From positions 5,529,262 to 5,549,261 of the forward strand of contig MU058824.1 in assembly GCA_013265495.1 (NCBI GenBank): a stretch of 20,000 bases of DNA, read 5' to 3'. The notes beneath the pieces are model-generated. The model saw nothing but the letters and a program-made list of their open reading frames with translations, was not told the DNA's origin and ran no database searches. The position numbers and the translations under genes are program-made. Source of the stretch: Vicugna vicugna. Taxonomy: Eukaryota. This document shows, in pieces, positions 1 to 11,049 of the stretch (within the stretch, counting starts at the first letter, position 1; each line of letters begins with the position of its first letter).

Positions 1-3000
1 TGGTCACTCTAGTGGTATCTCACTTTTGGTTCTAATGTGGTTATGATGACTAATGATTGTGCATCATTTCATGTGCTTATTGCTATGTTATATCTTCTTT
101 TGTAAAATATCTGTAAAAGTCTTTTGTCCATATTTGTGTTATATGCATATATATTTTGTGATTATTTTATTCTAGTGAATGTGGCATGGCTTTTTATTTT
201 CTTAACAATTTCTCTTGAAGAGGTCTTAAATTTGGATAATATCCAATTTATAACTGATTTTCATACATACTTATCTTGTATTTTGTGATCTTGCTAGATT
301 TGCTTATTAATTCTAGTAATTTTTTTGTGGATTCCTTGGTAGTTTCAATGAGATAAACATTTGACAATACAGATGGTTTTACTTCTTTTCATTCTTTATG
401 ACTTTTCTATTTCTTGTCTCATTGCACTGGCTGAACTGCTAGTACAATATTAAATAGAAACACGAGAGTGAGTATTTTTGCCTTATTCCTGCTCTTGGTG
501 TTCAGTATCTGATCATTAAATATGATTAGCTGTTTTTATGTTTGCCCTGTATCAAGTTAAGAAAATTCCCATTTCTGGTTTGCTGAGTTTTTATTATAAA
601 TGTATGAATGTTTCCAGTGCTTTTTCTGAAAGTACTGAGATATTCATTTGATTATTCTCCTTTGTTCTGTCAAAATGGTGAACAACACTGATTAATTTCC
701 TTAAGTTTAAATAAACTTGCATTCATAGGATAAACCCCACTTAGTCATGAAGTACTATCATCTTTGGTATATATATATATATTGCTGAATTCTATTTGCA
801 AAGATTTTGCTGAGAATTTTTGCATAAATGTTCTTGTTGGATAATGGTCTATTATTTTCTTCTGATATCTTTGTCTGGTTTTGTTGTCAGAGCTGTACTG
901 TTTTCATATAATGAATTGGGAAGCATTCCCTTCTCTAATATGTGAAAGATCTTGTGTAAAATTGGTGCTATTTCCTCCTTAAATGTTTGATAAAATTCAG
1001 TAGTAGAACCATCTAGCTCTGGATTTTGTTTATTGGACTAATTTTTCTTTTTATTATAAATTCAATGCCCTTAATAAATATATGGCAATTTGCCATTTTA
1101 TTTATTCTTGAGCTAGCTTTGGTAAATAGTACTTTTCAAATAATATGTTCATTTGATCTAAGTTATTAAGTTTATTGACATAAAGCTGTTTATTTTATTC
1201 ATTTATTATCTTTTTAGTATAATTACAATCTATAGTGATAGCCCATCTTTTATTACTGACACTGAATTTATCTTCTCTTTCTTGATTAATATTTAAAGGT
1301 TTATATCAGTTTCCTTATTTCAGAGAACCAGCTTTGCCTATGTTATTTCCTTTATTGTTTGTTTGTTTTAATTTCATTGATTTCTATTCTTAAATTTATT
1401 GTGATTTTTCTTCTAATTATTTTTGGTTTAATTTGCTTTTATTTTTCTAAAATATACATGTAAATCATTTATTTTAAACTTTATATTTCTAATATAGTCT
1501 TTTAAGATTATAAAGTTTCTATTTTAAGACTATGATGTTTCTCTTATATATGTTTTAGCTTCATCTCACAAATTTTGAAATGTTGTGATTTTATTGTTAT
1601 TTTTTGTAAAATATTTTGTAATTTCTGTAATGATTTCCTGTTTGGTCCATGGCTTATTTAGTGTTCTGTTACTTAATTACAAAATATTTTGGATTTTACT
1701 ATATATAACTTGATTTTGAATTTAATTCCATTGTTGTCATAGGACATGCTCTCAAGATTTCCATCTTTGGAATTTACTGAGACTTCTTTCATGAGCTAGC
1801 CTATGGTCTGTGTCAGTGAGCATTCCATGAACACTTGAAAATAATTGTATGCACTGCAGGTGCTGGGATTGTGTTCTATAAATGTCAGATCAGGTTAGCT
1901 GATCCTGTTGTTCAGATCGTCAGTATCCTTTGAGTTTTTGTCTACTTGTTCTATCAGTTATGAAGAGAAAGCTGTTAAATATCTACAAGTATGATTCTGG
2001 ACATTTTGATTTTTCCCTTTAGTTTTTTTTTCATATATTTAGAAGCTCATTATTTAGGTATATATACATTTAGGAATATTATTTCTTACTGATGAATTGT
2101 CCCTTTCATCATTATGAAATATTCTTGGTCTTGAAGTCTACTCCTTCCTATACTAATATAGTATGCCAGCTTTTTATACATCCTGGTTTCATGCTACGTA
2201 TTTTTCCATCCTTTTATTTTCACTCTGTCTGTGTCTTTAAATTTAAAATTTATTTATTTATTTTCTTGGGAGCATATCGTTGGGTCTTGCTTTGTTATCC
2301 AGTCTGAAAGTTTCTCCACTTTAATTGGAATGTTTAGTATATTTACATTTAATGTATTTTTTGATATTGATGAGTTTAAGTGTGCTATTTTACTGTTTTT
2401 TGTTTTTGTTTCTCTGGTCATCCTTTCCTGCCAAAGTTTGGCTTCATCAGTTTTTTTTTGTAATTTCAAATTATGGAATACAAATTAGGGAATATAATTT
2501 TGGAATACTTTTTTTTTCTTTTTGTATTTCAATTTATGTCCTCTGTTGGCTTTATAAGTATAATCATTTTGATTATTTTCTTTAGTGGCTGCACTAAGTA
2601 TGTACTAACAATACATAACCTTAACTTATCAAAAATCTATTTAGTGTTAATAGTGTATCCTTTTGCATTTTATACCTGTCACTTTCCATTTCTACTTTCA
2701 AAGTAGCACTTCACTGTCCATAATGTAATATCCTAACAATAGTATAATTCCATTTATTTGCTCCCTACTTTGTGCTTTTATGTTTACATTTTAATTTATT
2801 TAATTTCTACATGAATTACTGATTGCAGCTTAAAATATTATTTTTACTTTAATCTTTTAAGGAAATTCCAAGAATTAAAAAAACCCCACACTTTTAATTT
2901 GCTCACTTATTTAGCATTTCTTTTTCAGTATGTCTCACAGGTCTAGGTTTCCTTCTGCTTTATTCCCTTAAGTTAGAAAAATATCCTTTGAATTTTTTTT

Positions 3001-3670
3001 TTCTGTAGTGCAGACATGCTGGTAACAAATGAAGAATATTTTATTTCTATATAGTATCTGGGTTGAAACTTTTTCTTTCAGAATATCAAAGAAGTTGCTT
3101 CATTGTCTCTTCATTTCTCTGTGTATTCTGACAAGATGTCAAACATCATTAACATTATTCTTCTCTATGTCTTGTACCTTTTAAACTTTGGATGCTTTCA
3201 TGACTTTTCTATTTTTCAAAAATGTTTTTCAGAAGTTTCACTGATACAGGGTTAGGAGTTGCGTTCTTTGCATCTATTCTGCACAAAATTAGATGAACTT
3301 GTTGGATCTTTAAGTCAGTGTTTTTTTTTTCTTTAATCAAATTTAAGAAATTTATGTCCATTAATTTTCCGTAACTTATTTTTTGCTCCATTATCACCTT
3401 CTTCTTTTTCTGGGTCTCCAGTTACACATACTTTAGCCCATTTGATATTGTCTGATAGTTACTGAAGCAGTGTTTATTTTCCTGTATCGTTGGTCCCTTT
3501 TTTCTTCAGTTTGGACAGTTGCTACTGATGTGTCTTCAGTTTGTTCAGATTTTCTTGTTTTATCTTCAATACACTGTTAAGCTCATCCATTAAAACTTTT
3601 ATTTCAAATACTGTATAGTTCTATAGATAGTTCTATAGTATCTACCGATTTTCTTTTTTTCATTTCTCTG
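1..3670 (-). mobile_element. Ancient degraded LINE-1 (L1M-type) with remnants of ORF1, the inter-ORF spacer and ORF2; continues beyond the window start
   Basis: Minus ORF 2254-2469 (NSSISKNTLNVNILNIPIKVEKLSDWITKQDPTICSQE) matches the ORF2 endonuclease N-terminus pattern (TLNVNGLN.PIK..RL..WIK.QDP..CC.QE). Minus ORF 3209-3397 (IQQVHLILCRIDAKNATPNPVSVKLLK) resembles L1 ORF1. Positions 270-1100 look like antisense RT and 1-250 like the ORF2 C-terminal region. Boundaries are approximate. Confidence 0.9.
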
Positions 3671-3989
3671 CTATTACCTTTTCTCCTTTGGAGCACCCAC
3701 AGTTACACATTCTGTCATGGCTCTAATAGTCTCTGGCTTGTAGCAACTTTATTTTTGTTTGTTTTGCCATGGAACTGACTCTTAGAGGCTCTTCTGAATG
3801 ATAGTTCAACCCAGTATAATCCACATTTTCTACAATTATTACTTTACTAAACAAACTAAAATTTAATTTACTTTAAAAAGTGTCTGAGATACTTGGTAGG
3901 TAGGAAATTCAATGATTGTTTCGACTAGGTCTTTACCTTAATACCTTAATGCCTAGTAGGGGAATTAGACAAATTTTTCAGGCATTTTC

Positions 3990-4290
3990 CATATCTGAGG
4001 CAACTCACCTCAGCTCCATGTATTTCTCACCAGCAGGCTAGCTTGAACTTGTTCTTGTGGTTATAGCAGACATAAGACAGCAAGCTTCACTTAGTAAGCT
4101 TTTTTCTAGCTGCTGTTTATGTCACATCTGCTAATATTTCATTGGCCAAAACAAGTCAAATGGCTGTGCCCAGTGAAAAGAAATGGAGTAGATCACCCCA
4201 CACGTGGAGTCAAGGTATTGCAGTTACTTGATAAAATCGTAGGGATACTCAGAGGATAAAGAATGGAAACCATCAATACAACCTACCACT
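3990..4290 (-). mobile_element. ERVL-MaLR LTR (MLT1J/K/L-like), partial
   Basis: Contains the MLT1-type motif 'gtcacatctgctaatatttcattggccaaaacaagtcaaatggc' and ends in 'acctaccact', approximately the reverse complement of the TGTGGTAG LTR start. Subfamily is from memory. Confidence 0.8.
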
Positions 4291-5150
4291 GTCCGCTCTT
4301 ATGACCACAAATTTTCCCATCTTGTCTGAATGCAAAATATTCTTATCTTTATCTCAGATACACCAAAAGTATCCAATCAACGCAGTGAGCTCCAAGTCCA
4401 GAATATCATTTTTATCAGGTCCAGATGTGACTCCTATTGATTCAAAAATCTTTGAGCTAAAATGATAAATTATTTACCACCATACATCCAACATATAATA
4501 ATGAAACAGGTAAAACATAACCAACCAAACCCTCACATTTGGAAAAGAGATCATGAGGCACTTTGACACTGGTCCTTAGAAATTTTGAAATTCCACTGGT
4601 CAAATACTGGCAGGTCTTTCTATTCTGGGACAGAAACTGTTCCTTAATCAGGCTCCAGTCTGCTTCCTGATCTAGGTTCTCAGTCCACTATTCTCCATGG
4701 TTTGTCTTTGCTCTCTGGAACATCTTCCTTTTCCATGAATGTCCTTGCCCACTTCTGAAGAGGACGTTAGAGAATATACCCTTTGACCAATAATGTTTTT
4801 CAACCATCTTCCTGCCTGTAGGAAACTGGGAGCCCAGAGGCCCTTTTTTCGTTGTGAACAGCCCAAGTCACTTTTACCACAAGATGGTAACTCTTTTGCC
4901 TAAAGTTGCCTCAGACTGTGGGTTTTCAACATATTTGGATTCTATTTCACTCTATGTGACAGACCACATCTACAGTTCTTTTTGAGACATTTCTATCGAT
5001 CTAGACTCAGTTACTGTTGCTTTGGGTATTTCAAGCTATTTTGGGACAAGGAACTTAAGACTTGTAGAAGCCCTTTTATCCAGCTGAAATGATCTATTAA
5101 GCACCACCTTAAACCTTTCAGAGATCATAAGATATCTTCTTACAGCTACA
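4291..5150 (-). mobile_element. MaLR internal sequence (MLT1-int-like) adjoining the LTR
   Basis: Directly abuts the LTR start with 'gtccgctctt' (a purine-rich PPT-like tract on the minus strand), followed by MLT-int-like text such as 'ccaagtccagaatatc...atcaggtccagatgtgactcct'. The right boundary is approximate. Confidence 0.65.
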
Positions 5151-5510
5151 TATGAGACTTCATGAGTAAATTATAACATCTTATTGAAGAACACAAAATA
5201 AAACCCAAATATATGGATAAGTATATACCACATTCAGGGTGAAATATTTAATATTTACAAACTATTCTATAAATGCAGTGCAATTCCAATCAAAATTCCC
5301 AAATAATTTTTTTGCACTGAAGTTGTGAACAGAATTTTAAGATTCATATGAAAGGGTAGATGTTTAACTGTATGTAAGATCATTTTGAATAAGAATAATA
5401 ACAGGGACCTGCCATATCAGATAACAAAACATTATTATAAGATTGTAGTAAATCTATGTAACATAGTATTGGTGTAAGGATATAGAACCAAGATCAGACA
5501 AAATGATCTA
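5150..5510 (+). mobile_element. Old L1M ORF2 fragment (post-RT region)
   Basis: 'ctataaatgcagtgcaattccaatcaaaattccc' corresponds to [11 protein letters not shown] and 'tattataag...tagtattggtgtaagga' to YYKA...WYW. It is homologous to the reverse complement of about 10520-10880 in this window. Confidence 0.8.
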
Positions 5511-5589
5511 AACTCACTTGTCAATATATGTGTGGTTTCACTGTATGTAAGAAACGCAGAGAGTAATTGTGAGTTTAGGTAAAACTATA

Positions 5590-5804
5590 GCCATTCTAAA
5601 TGTCAAAATGGTTTATTTCCGTAAGTATCTTTGCATAGCCAATCTCTGTATAATCTCCTTCATATATTCCACAGCAGTGAAGCTTATTGCTACATTAATT
5701 ATGGATGGCATTTAATAAATACTTGTTGAATTGAATTCAGTGTACATATCAAATGCCTCCATTTCATCACCCTTCGTTTCCCAAACTATACCTACTACTG
5801 TCAC
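5590..5804 (-). other. Candidate terminal exon of an unidentified minus-strand transcript
   Basis: Strong minus-strand acceptor 'ctgtaacatttgttttttgtttttatttcttgtgcacag|GTGAC' at 5805/5804. Tandem TGA TGA at 5769-5764 in the phase-1 frame. ATTAAA (5716-5711) and AATAAA (5617-5612) lie downstream. The 3' end is approximate. Confidence 0.5.
5700..5740 (+). mobile_element. L2 3'-terminal remnant
   Basis: 'ggcatttaataaatacttgttgaattgaatt' matches the typical L2 tail (ctcaataaatatttgttgaatgaat). Confidence 0.55.
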
Positions 5805-7048
5805 CTGTGCACAAGAAATAAAAACAAAAAACAAATGTTACAGTTGTCTGGTTATTTTCTCTGACAAAGCTTTGCAACGGCCAAATTTTAAAAAATACAC
5901 TAATATTTTATGCTAGTAAATTAGTGCAAGTACATTTGATTATTGTAAATACATGTATATACATGTGTGTATACATGTATATAGATAACTATTAAAGTAT
6001 AAATTTTCACATATGTCAGTAAATGAGAGAAAATCATGCCAAGTTTTCTTAAGTATAGGATTTTGCCATAAGTTTTATTGCTCTTTCTAAGATTTCCTTA
6101 AATCACTTGGAAATTAGGATAATGAATTTTGTTAAGTGTCTGTGTTCCAGAGGAATACTCTCTCCGTTTTCAGCATCAAACGATTTTATTTTTAATATTC
6201 AGATTAATGACAGTATTTGGTGATAAATCTGTATAAATCAATCAAGTTAAAATAGAATGCATTGTAAGAAACAGAAATGCCTTTATTTCTTAAACAGTCG
6301 AGGTCAAAGAGAAAAACTTTCCAGGTTGGTGGGAATCATGTTTTGATTACACTGAGTTTCCTACAGTAGCAAAACTGTTGCTTTATTCCTTCCAGTTCAG
6401 CAAAAAATCTCATTAGGTTCACTTTATTCAAGGTGATCCAGTCCACTGGATTTGGCTCTTTACCAAAGTATTGAAGATATAAATTATTCAAGTATAAATT
6501 AAGAAAAGAAATACATGACATCCAAATATTTAAAGGACAAACTTTTGCATAAGATGCAAGTTTGAGTCCTGTTTAGCCCTGTTGTATTTAAACAGTTAAT
6601 GTGTCTGGGAAACAGTATTTCAGCTACTTCATGGTATAAGTATATAGACACTGAATTTTTAATTGATTTATATATATTTCCCCTCCATCAAATATGCTGT
6701 GATCAAGGTCCATCAAAGTGCAATTTACAAAGAACCAATTATCAAGTACAATTTGCTAGTTAAACACTAGAGAATTTTATTTTATTAGTGAGCCTCCAGA
6801 TCTAGAGCAATTCTATTAGCTAATGAGTTTTTAAAGCCTCATGAGATTCTATGAACTCAGGCAAAACTGAATACTGTAAGATTCCAGCTAAGAAACTGTT
6901 TTCAAGTATTAATCGAGTAAATTTAGAATAATGAGTAATCAGTTAACAATGCTTCTGAACTGGTTTTTAGTATCTTGAAGGAAAATAAATAGAATTGCCA
7001 TCTCTGTTGTTGCCACCTATTTGCCAGTTTCTGTTCCTTTCTCCTTAC

Positions 7049-7070
7049 CTGTCTCCATTTCTTCATACAC
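7049..7070 (-). other. Candidate 22-nt micro-exon GTGTATGAAGAAATGGAGACAG
   Basis: Minus strand shows a branch-like CTAAT (7108-7104), a T/TG tract, the acceptor 'atgcacag|', a purine-rich GAAGAA ESE-like body and the near-consensus donor 'CAG|gtaagg'. Confidence 0.5.
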
Positions 7071-8319
7071 CTGTGCATGTGTACACACACACAAAATCTA
7101 GACATTAGAAGAAATCTAGACTTCTGAGTCTCATTGCAGTTATGGAGAACTTTCCACTGTCTTTGTCTTAAATACCTGAAGTTAGATAATTATTCATAGC
7201 CTGAAGTGTCCGTTAAACTATAGTAGGTTCTTTATAAAAATTATTGCAAAATGTGCTTAATTTGCTTATGATGAGGACTAATAAATTTGATTTGCCTGTC
7301 TTTTAGCATTGCCAAAGTGTTTCTAGTTTCTAGTCACTTGCCCTGGACCAGTACATACAGAGTTTTGGAAGTGGGTTTGGCAAAATTTAATTTGTAATTG
7401 GCTGCAGTTCAGTTTACTTCATAATTTCTGTAGAACAAGAAGCAATTATCTAATAATTTAGCAAATCAAACTCTAAACTCTGTTTACCCTCATGACTTAG
7501 TCAGAACACTGCCTCAACTTGATTCTACAAAACACGTTCAACAAAAAATCTTTGAGGACCTATGCAATTTCTCTAGTTTATGAACCAGGCTGATAACTTG
7601 ATGTTTATCGCTAGAGAAGGAAATTGCGTGGGATGCAAGAGTCTGCTTTGTTGTTTCTCAGATCACTTTCCCCTCTTTCGTCACTAAAATAGATTTGGAT
7701 CCTGTCTAGTCATACAATGAGAAAAAAAAACAACAGATGATTTGTTAGAACAGTTTTATGTGCTGTAATTAAAAAAAACTGAAATGTATAAAGTATTTCA
7801 GCAATTTGGGATAACTATAGAGCAGACCTTTTTACTGTGCCTTTTGTTACTTAAAATACAATTAAGCACATTTTAGAAGTCAATTGATTTGCACGCATTT
7901 TCTCTGATTATGTCCATTGTCTGCCAAACTTTCCTGGATATTTTCCACTCTGTTTTTGAACATTTTACAGATGTAATACTGGCATTTTTCATCTAACAGT
8001 TACTTATCATTTAAGTAATATTTGTTAGCATCTCTGTATATTTATGTTGTATGTTTATAATTGTTGGCATTTATTAATCATATTTAGCAAATGCTTCTAA
8101 AACTTTGTGATTAAATTGTGATATGTGATAGAGGACTCCCTAGGACTATATTCATTACAGTCTTTACTTGAATAATCTTCATGTGTGAACTGGGGATGTC
8201 TGCTCCACCTGCTTCAATGGAGTTGTTAAGTTTATTAATGAAATGGCTTGTATGAAAAGTGCCATGCTGATAAAGGTAATGATGTGAAGGGGGGGTTGGA
8301 AAGAGGCATGGAAAGCTAA

Positions 8320-8585
8320 GTGGACGTCACAGCTGCTCCTTTTCACTTGGTCAGCAGCCAGAGAGCTGCTGACCTTCCTTTTCTTCACTGTGTTTAATGA
8401 GGGACAGTAAAGGGTGGGTTAGGCTGGGAACTAAGCGTCTGCTTCTTGCAAAACTCACTGCCTTGACACCTTCCATTGCATCTCATGCCATGAGGTTTCC
8501 CACTGATTCCTCATGACAGCCTTCCGGTTGTTACATTGCAGGCGAGGTCAGCTCAGGCAGGACTGGGAAGGAGATGACGTCTGTC
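8320..8585. promoter_or_regulatory. Putative enhancer/promoter motif cluster (2x CRE-like, E-box, ETS, nuclear-receptor half-sites)
   Basis: GACGTCA 8323-8329, CAGCTG 8330-8335, TGACCT 8370-8375, CTTCCGG 8521-8527, AGGTCA 8545-8550 and TGACGTC 8575-8581, in a locally GC-richer non-repeat patch with retained CpGs. Confidence 0.3.
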
Positions 8586-8984
8586 TTTTGCTTTCTCCCT
8601 TCCATCCCTTGGTGTGCTCCTTTCCAACATTCTGCTTCTTGGCGTCCTAAAAGCCTCTCTGAAACATTTCACTGATGGTTTTCCCACAGAGACAGGCCTC
8701 CGGGACTCTGAACCTTCTCTCCTTCTCTTTATTGAAGTTCATCGCTCTTCATGCTCTTCATTCTTTGGGTGGCATAGAGGTAAACAGGGTTCTGCCCTGT
8801 CTACAAATACTGGTTAAACAAAGTTAAATATGGTTTATTTTTCTATCTCTTAATGGTACAACTTGGCAAAGCTTTTAACACACTAAAATCACACTGGGAT
8901 TATCTGAAGAGGGTTAAGACATGAGACTCTCCCTTCACTTATTTGAGTACAGTTCTCTTTTCTCCTTTCCACAGCCACTATTAA

Positions 8985-9286
8985 CCTTTTGCTGGACTTA
9001 GGACAAAGCCCAGATTCTTAGCCTCGGCCTTCAAATTCTTTCTGATCTGGATGTTGGAAACCCTCTCCTGTACTTTATGCAAACTGAACTTTGTGAGTTG
9101 ATCCCTAAACAAGCCTCAAACATTTATACCGTTTGCATTTCCCTTCTTTTTCTTCTTTTCCCTCAGAAGTGTCTTCCTAGTCCACGCCTGACCAAATCCC
9201 GCATATATCCTGGGGATCATTTCATGTGCGATGTTCTTCCTTAGCTTTCCCTAGCCCCCAGCTGGAAGCAATCTCTCCCTCTTCTT
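8985..9286 (+). mobile_element. L2 3' region fragment, interrupted by the L1 insertion and resuming briefly at about 11011-11045
   Basis: 'aggacaaagcccagattcttagcctcggccttcaa...tgatctgg' and 'ttccctagcccccagctggaagcaatctctccctc' match L2 3' consensus motifs. Confidence 0.6.
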
Positions 9287-11010
9287 TTTTTAAACCTATT
9301 TTTATATATAGTGACTAACATTTGCAAATCTCAAACTCCCAAATTTATCCCTTCCCACTCCCTTTCCCCAGTAACCATGAGATTGTTTACTATGTCTGTG
9401 AGTCTGTTTCTGTTTGTAGATGAGTTTATAGTGTCCTTTTTTTTTTTTTTAAGATTCCACATGTGAATGATACGGTATTTTTCTTTCTCTTTCTGGCTTT
9501 CTTCATTTAAAATGATGATCTTCAGGTCCATACATGTTGATGCAAATGGCATCATTTTATTCTTTTTTATAACTGAGTAGTATTCCATCGTATAAATATA
9601 CCACAGCTTCTTTATCCAGTCATCTGTTGATGGACATTTAGGTTGCTTCCATGTCTTGGCTATTGTATATAGTCCTGCTATGAACATTTGGATGCATGTA
9701 TCTTTTCAAATTAGAGTTCCTTCTGGATATATGCCCAGGAATGGGATTGCTGGATCATATGGTAAGTCTCCTTCTAGTTTTTTGAGTAATCACCAGACTA
9801 TTTTCCATAATGGTTGGGCCAGACTACATTCCTACCAACAGTGTAGGAGGGTACCCTTTTCTCCACACCATCTCCAGCATTTATTGTTTGTTGATAACTC
9901 ATTGTAGTTTTGATTTACATTTCTCTGATAATTAGGGATATTGGGCATTTTTTCATGTACCTATTGGCCATTTGTATGTCTTCATTGGAGAATTGCTTAT
10001 TTAGGTCTTCTCATTTTTTTTTTTTCTTATTAAGTTGTATGAGCTGTTTATATATTCTGGAAATTAAGCCCTTGTTGGTTGAATCATTTGCAAATATTTT
10101 CTCCTATTCTGTAGGTTGTCATTTTGTTTTGTTTATGGCTTCCTTTGCTGTGCAAAAGCTTGTAAGTTTAATTAGGTCCCATTTGTTTATTTTTACTTTT
10201 ATTTCTATTGCCTGGGTAGATTGCCCTAGGAGAACATTGCTAAGATTTATGTCAGATAAAGTTTTGCCTGTGTTTTCTTCTAGGAGGTTTATAGTGTCTT
10301 GTTTTATGTTTATGTCTTCAAGCTATTTTGAGTTTATTTTTGTGTATGGTGTGAGGGAGTGTTCTAACTTCATTGATTTACATACAGTTGTCCAATGTTC
10401 CCAACACCACTTGCTAAAGAGACTGTCATTCTCCACTGTATAGTCTTGCCTCCTTTGTTGAAGATTACTCGACCATAGGTCTGTAGATTTAATTCTGAGC
10501 TCTGTTCTGTTCCATTGAGCCATATGTCTGTTTTTCTGCCAATACTATGCTGTTTTGATTACTGTAGCTCTGTACTGTTGTCTGAAGTCTAGGAGGGTTA
10601 TTCTTCCAGCTTCGTTCTTTTTCTGCAGTATTGCTTTGGCAATTATGGGTCTTTTGTGATTTCATATAAATTTTAGGATTGTTTGTTCTAGTTCTGTGAA
10701 AAGTATCCTGGGTAATTTGATAGGGATTGCATTAAATCTGTAGACTGCCTTAGGCAGTATAGTCATTTTAATGATGTTGATTCTTCCAATCCAAGAGCAT
10801 GGGATATCTTTCCATTTCCTTGAATCATCTTTAATTTCCTTAATCAGTGTTTTGTAGTTCTCCATGTATAAGTCTTTCACTTCCTTGGTCAGATTTATTC
10901 CTAAGTGTTTTATTGTTTTCGATGTGATTTTAAAAGGGATTGTTTCTTTACTTACTTTTCTTGCTAATTCATTGTTAGTGTAAAGAAATGCAACTTATTT
11001 TTGTATATTA
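9287..11010 (-). mobile_element. Relatively young 5'-truncated L1 (3' part of ORF2 plus partial 3'UTR), camelid/artiodactyl-like, with a 14-bp TSD
   Basis: Minus ORFs 10662-10880 ([11 protein letters not shown]...[14 protein letters not shown]...[11 protein letters not shown]), 10323-10523 and 9331-9687 ([34 protein letters not shown]) are the ORF2 C-terminus. The element is flanked by identical CTCTCCCTCTTCTT at 9273-9286 and 11011-11024. Confidence 0.95.
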
Positions 11011-11049
11011 CTCTCCCTCTTCTTAAAGCACATTGCTATTATTTTTTAA

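Noticed and set aside
3615..3638. 12-bp tandem duplication ATAGTTCTATAG x2
   Set aside because: Simple slippage duplication inside old L1.
5949..5983. 16-bp palindrome ACATGTATATACATGT in an alternating purine-pyrimidine run
   Set aside because: Low-complexity (TA/CA) microsatellite, where palindromes are expected.
7488..7705. Minus-strand acceptor (T-tract...gactag/acag) with a possible donor GG|gtaaac
   Set aside because: All frames stop, the T-tract may be a simple A-run, and support is too weak to call an exon.
9910..10443. 177-aa hydrophobic plus-strand ORF, and the similar ORFs at 9656-9907, 2092-2706 and 18225-18467
   Set aside because: These are antisense shadows of L1 sequence. 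T-rich codons mimic membrane proteins.
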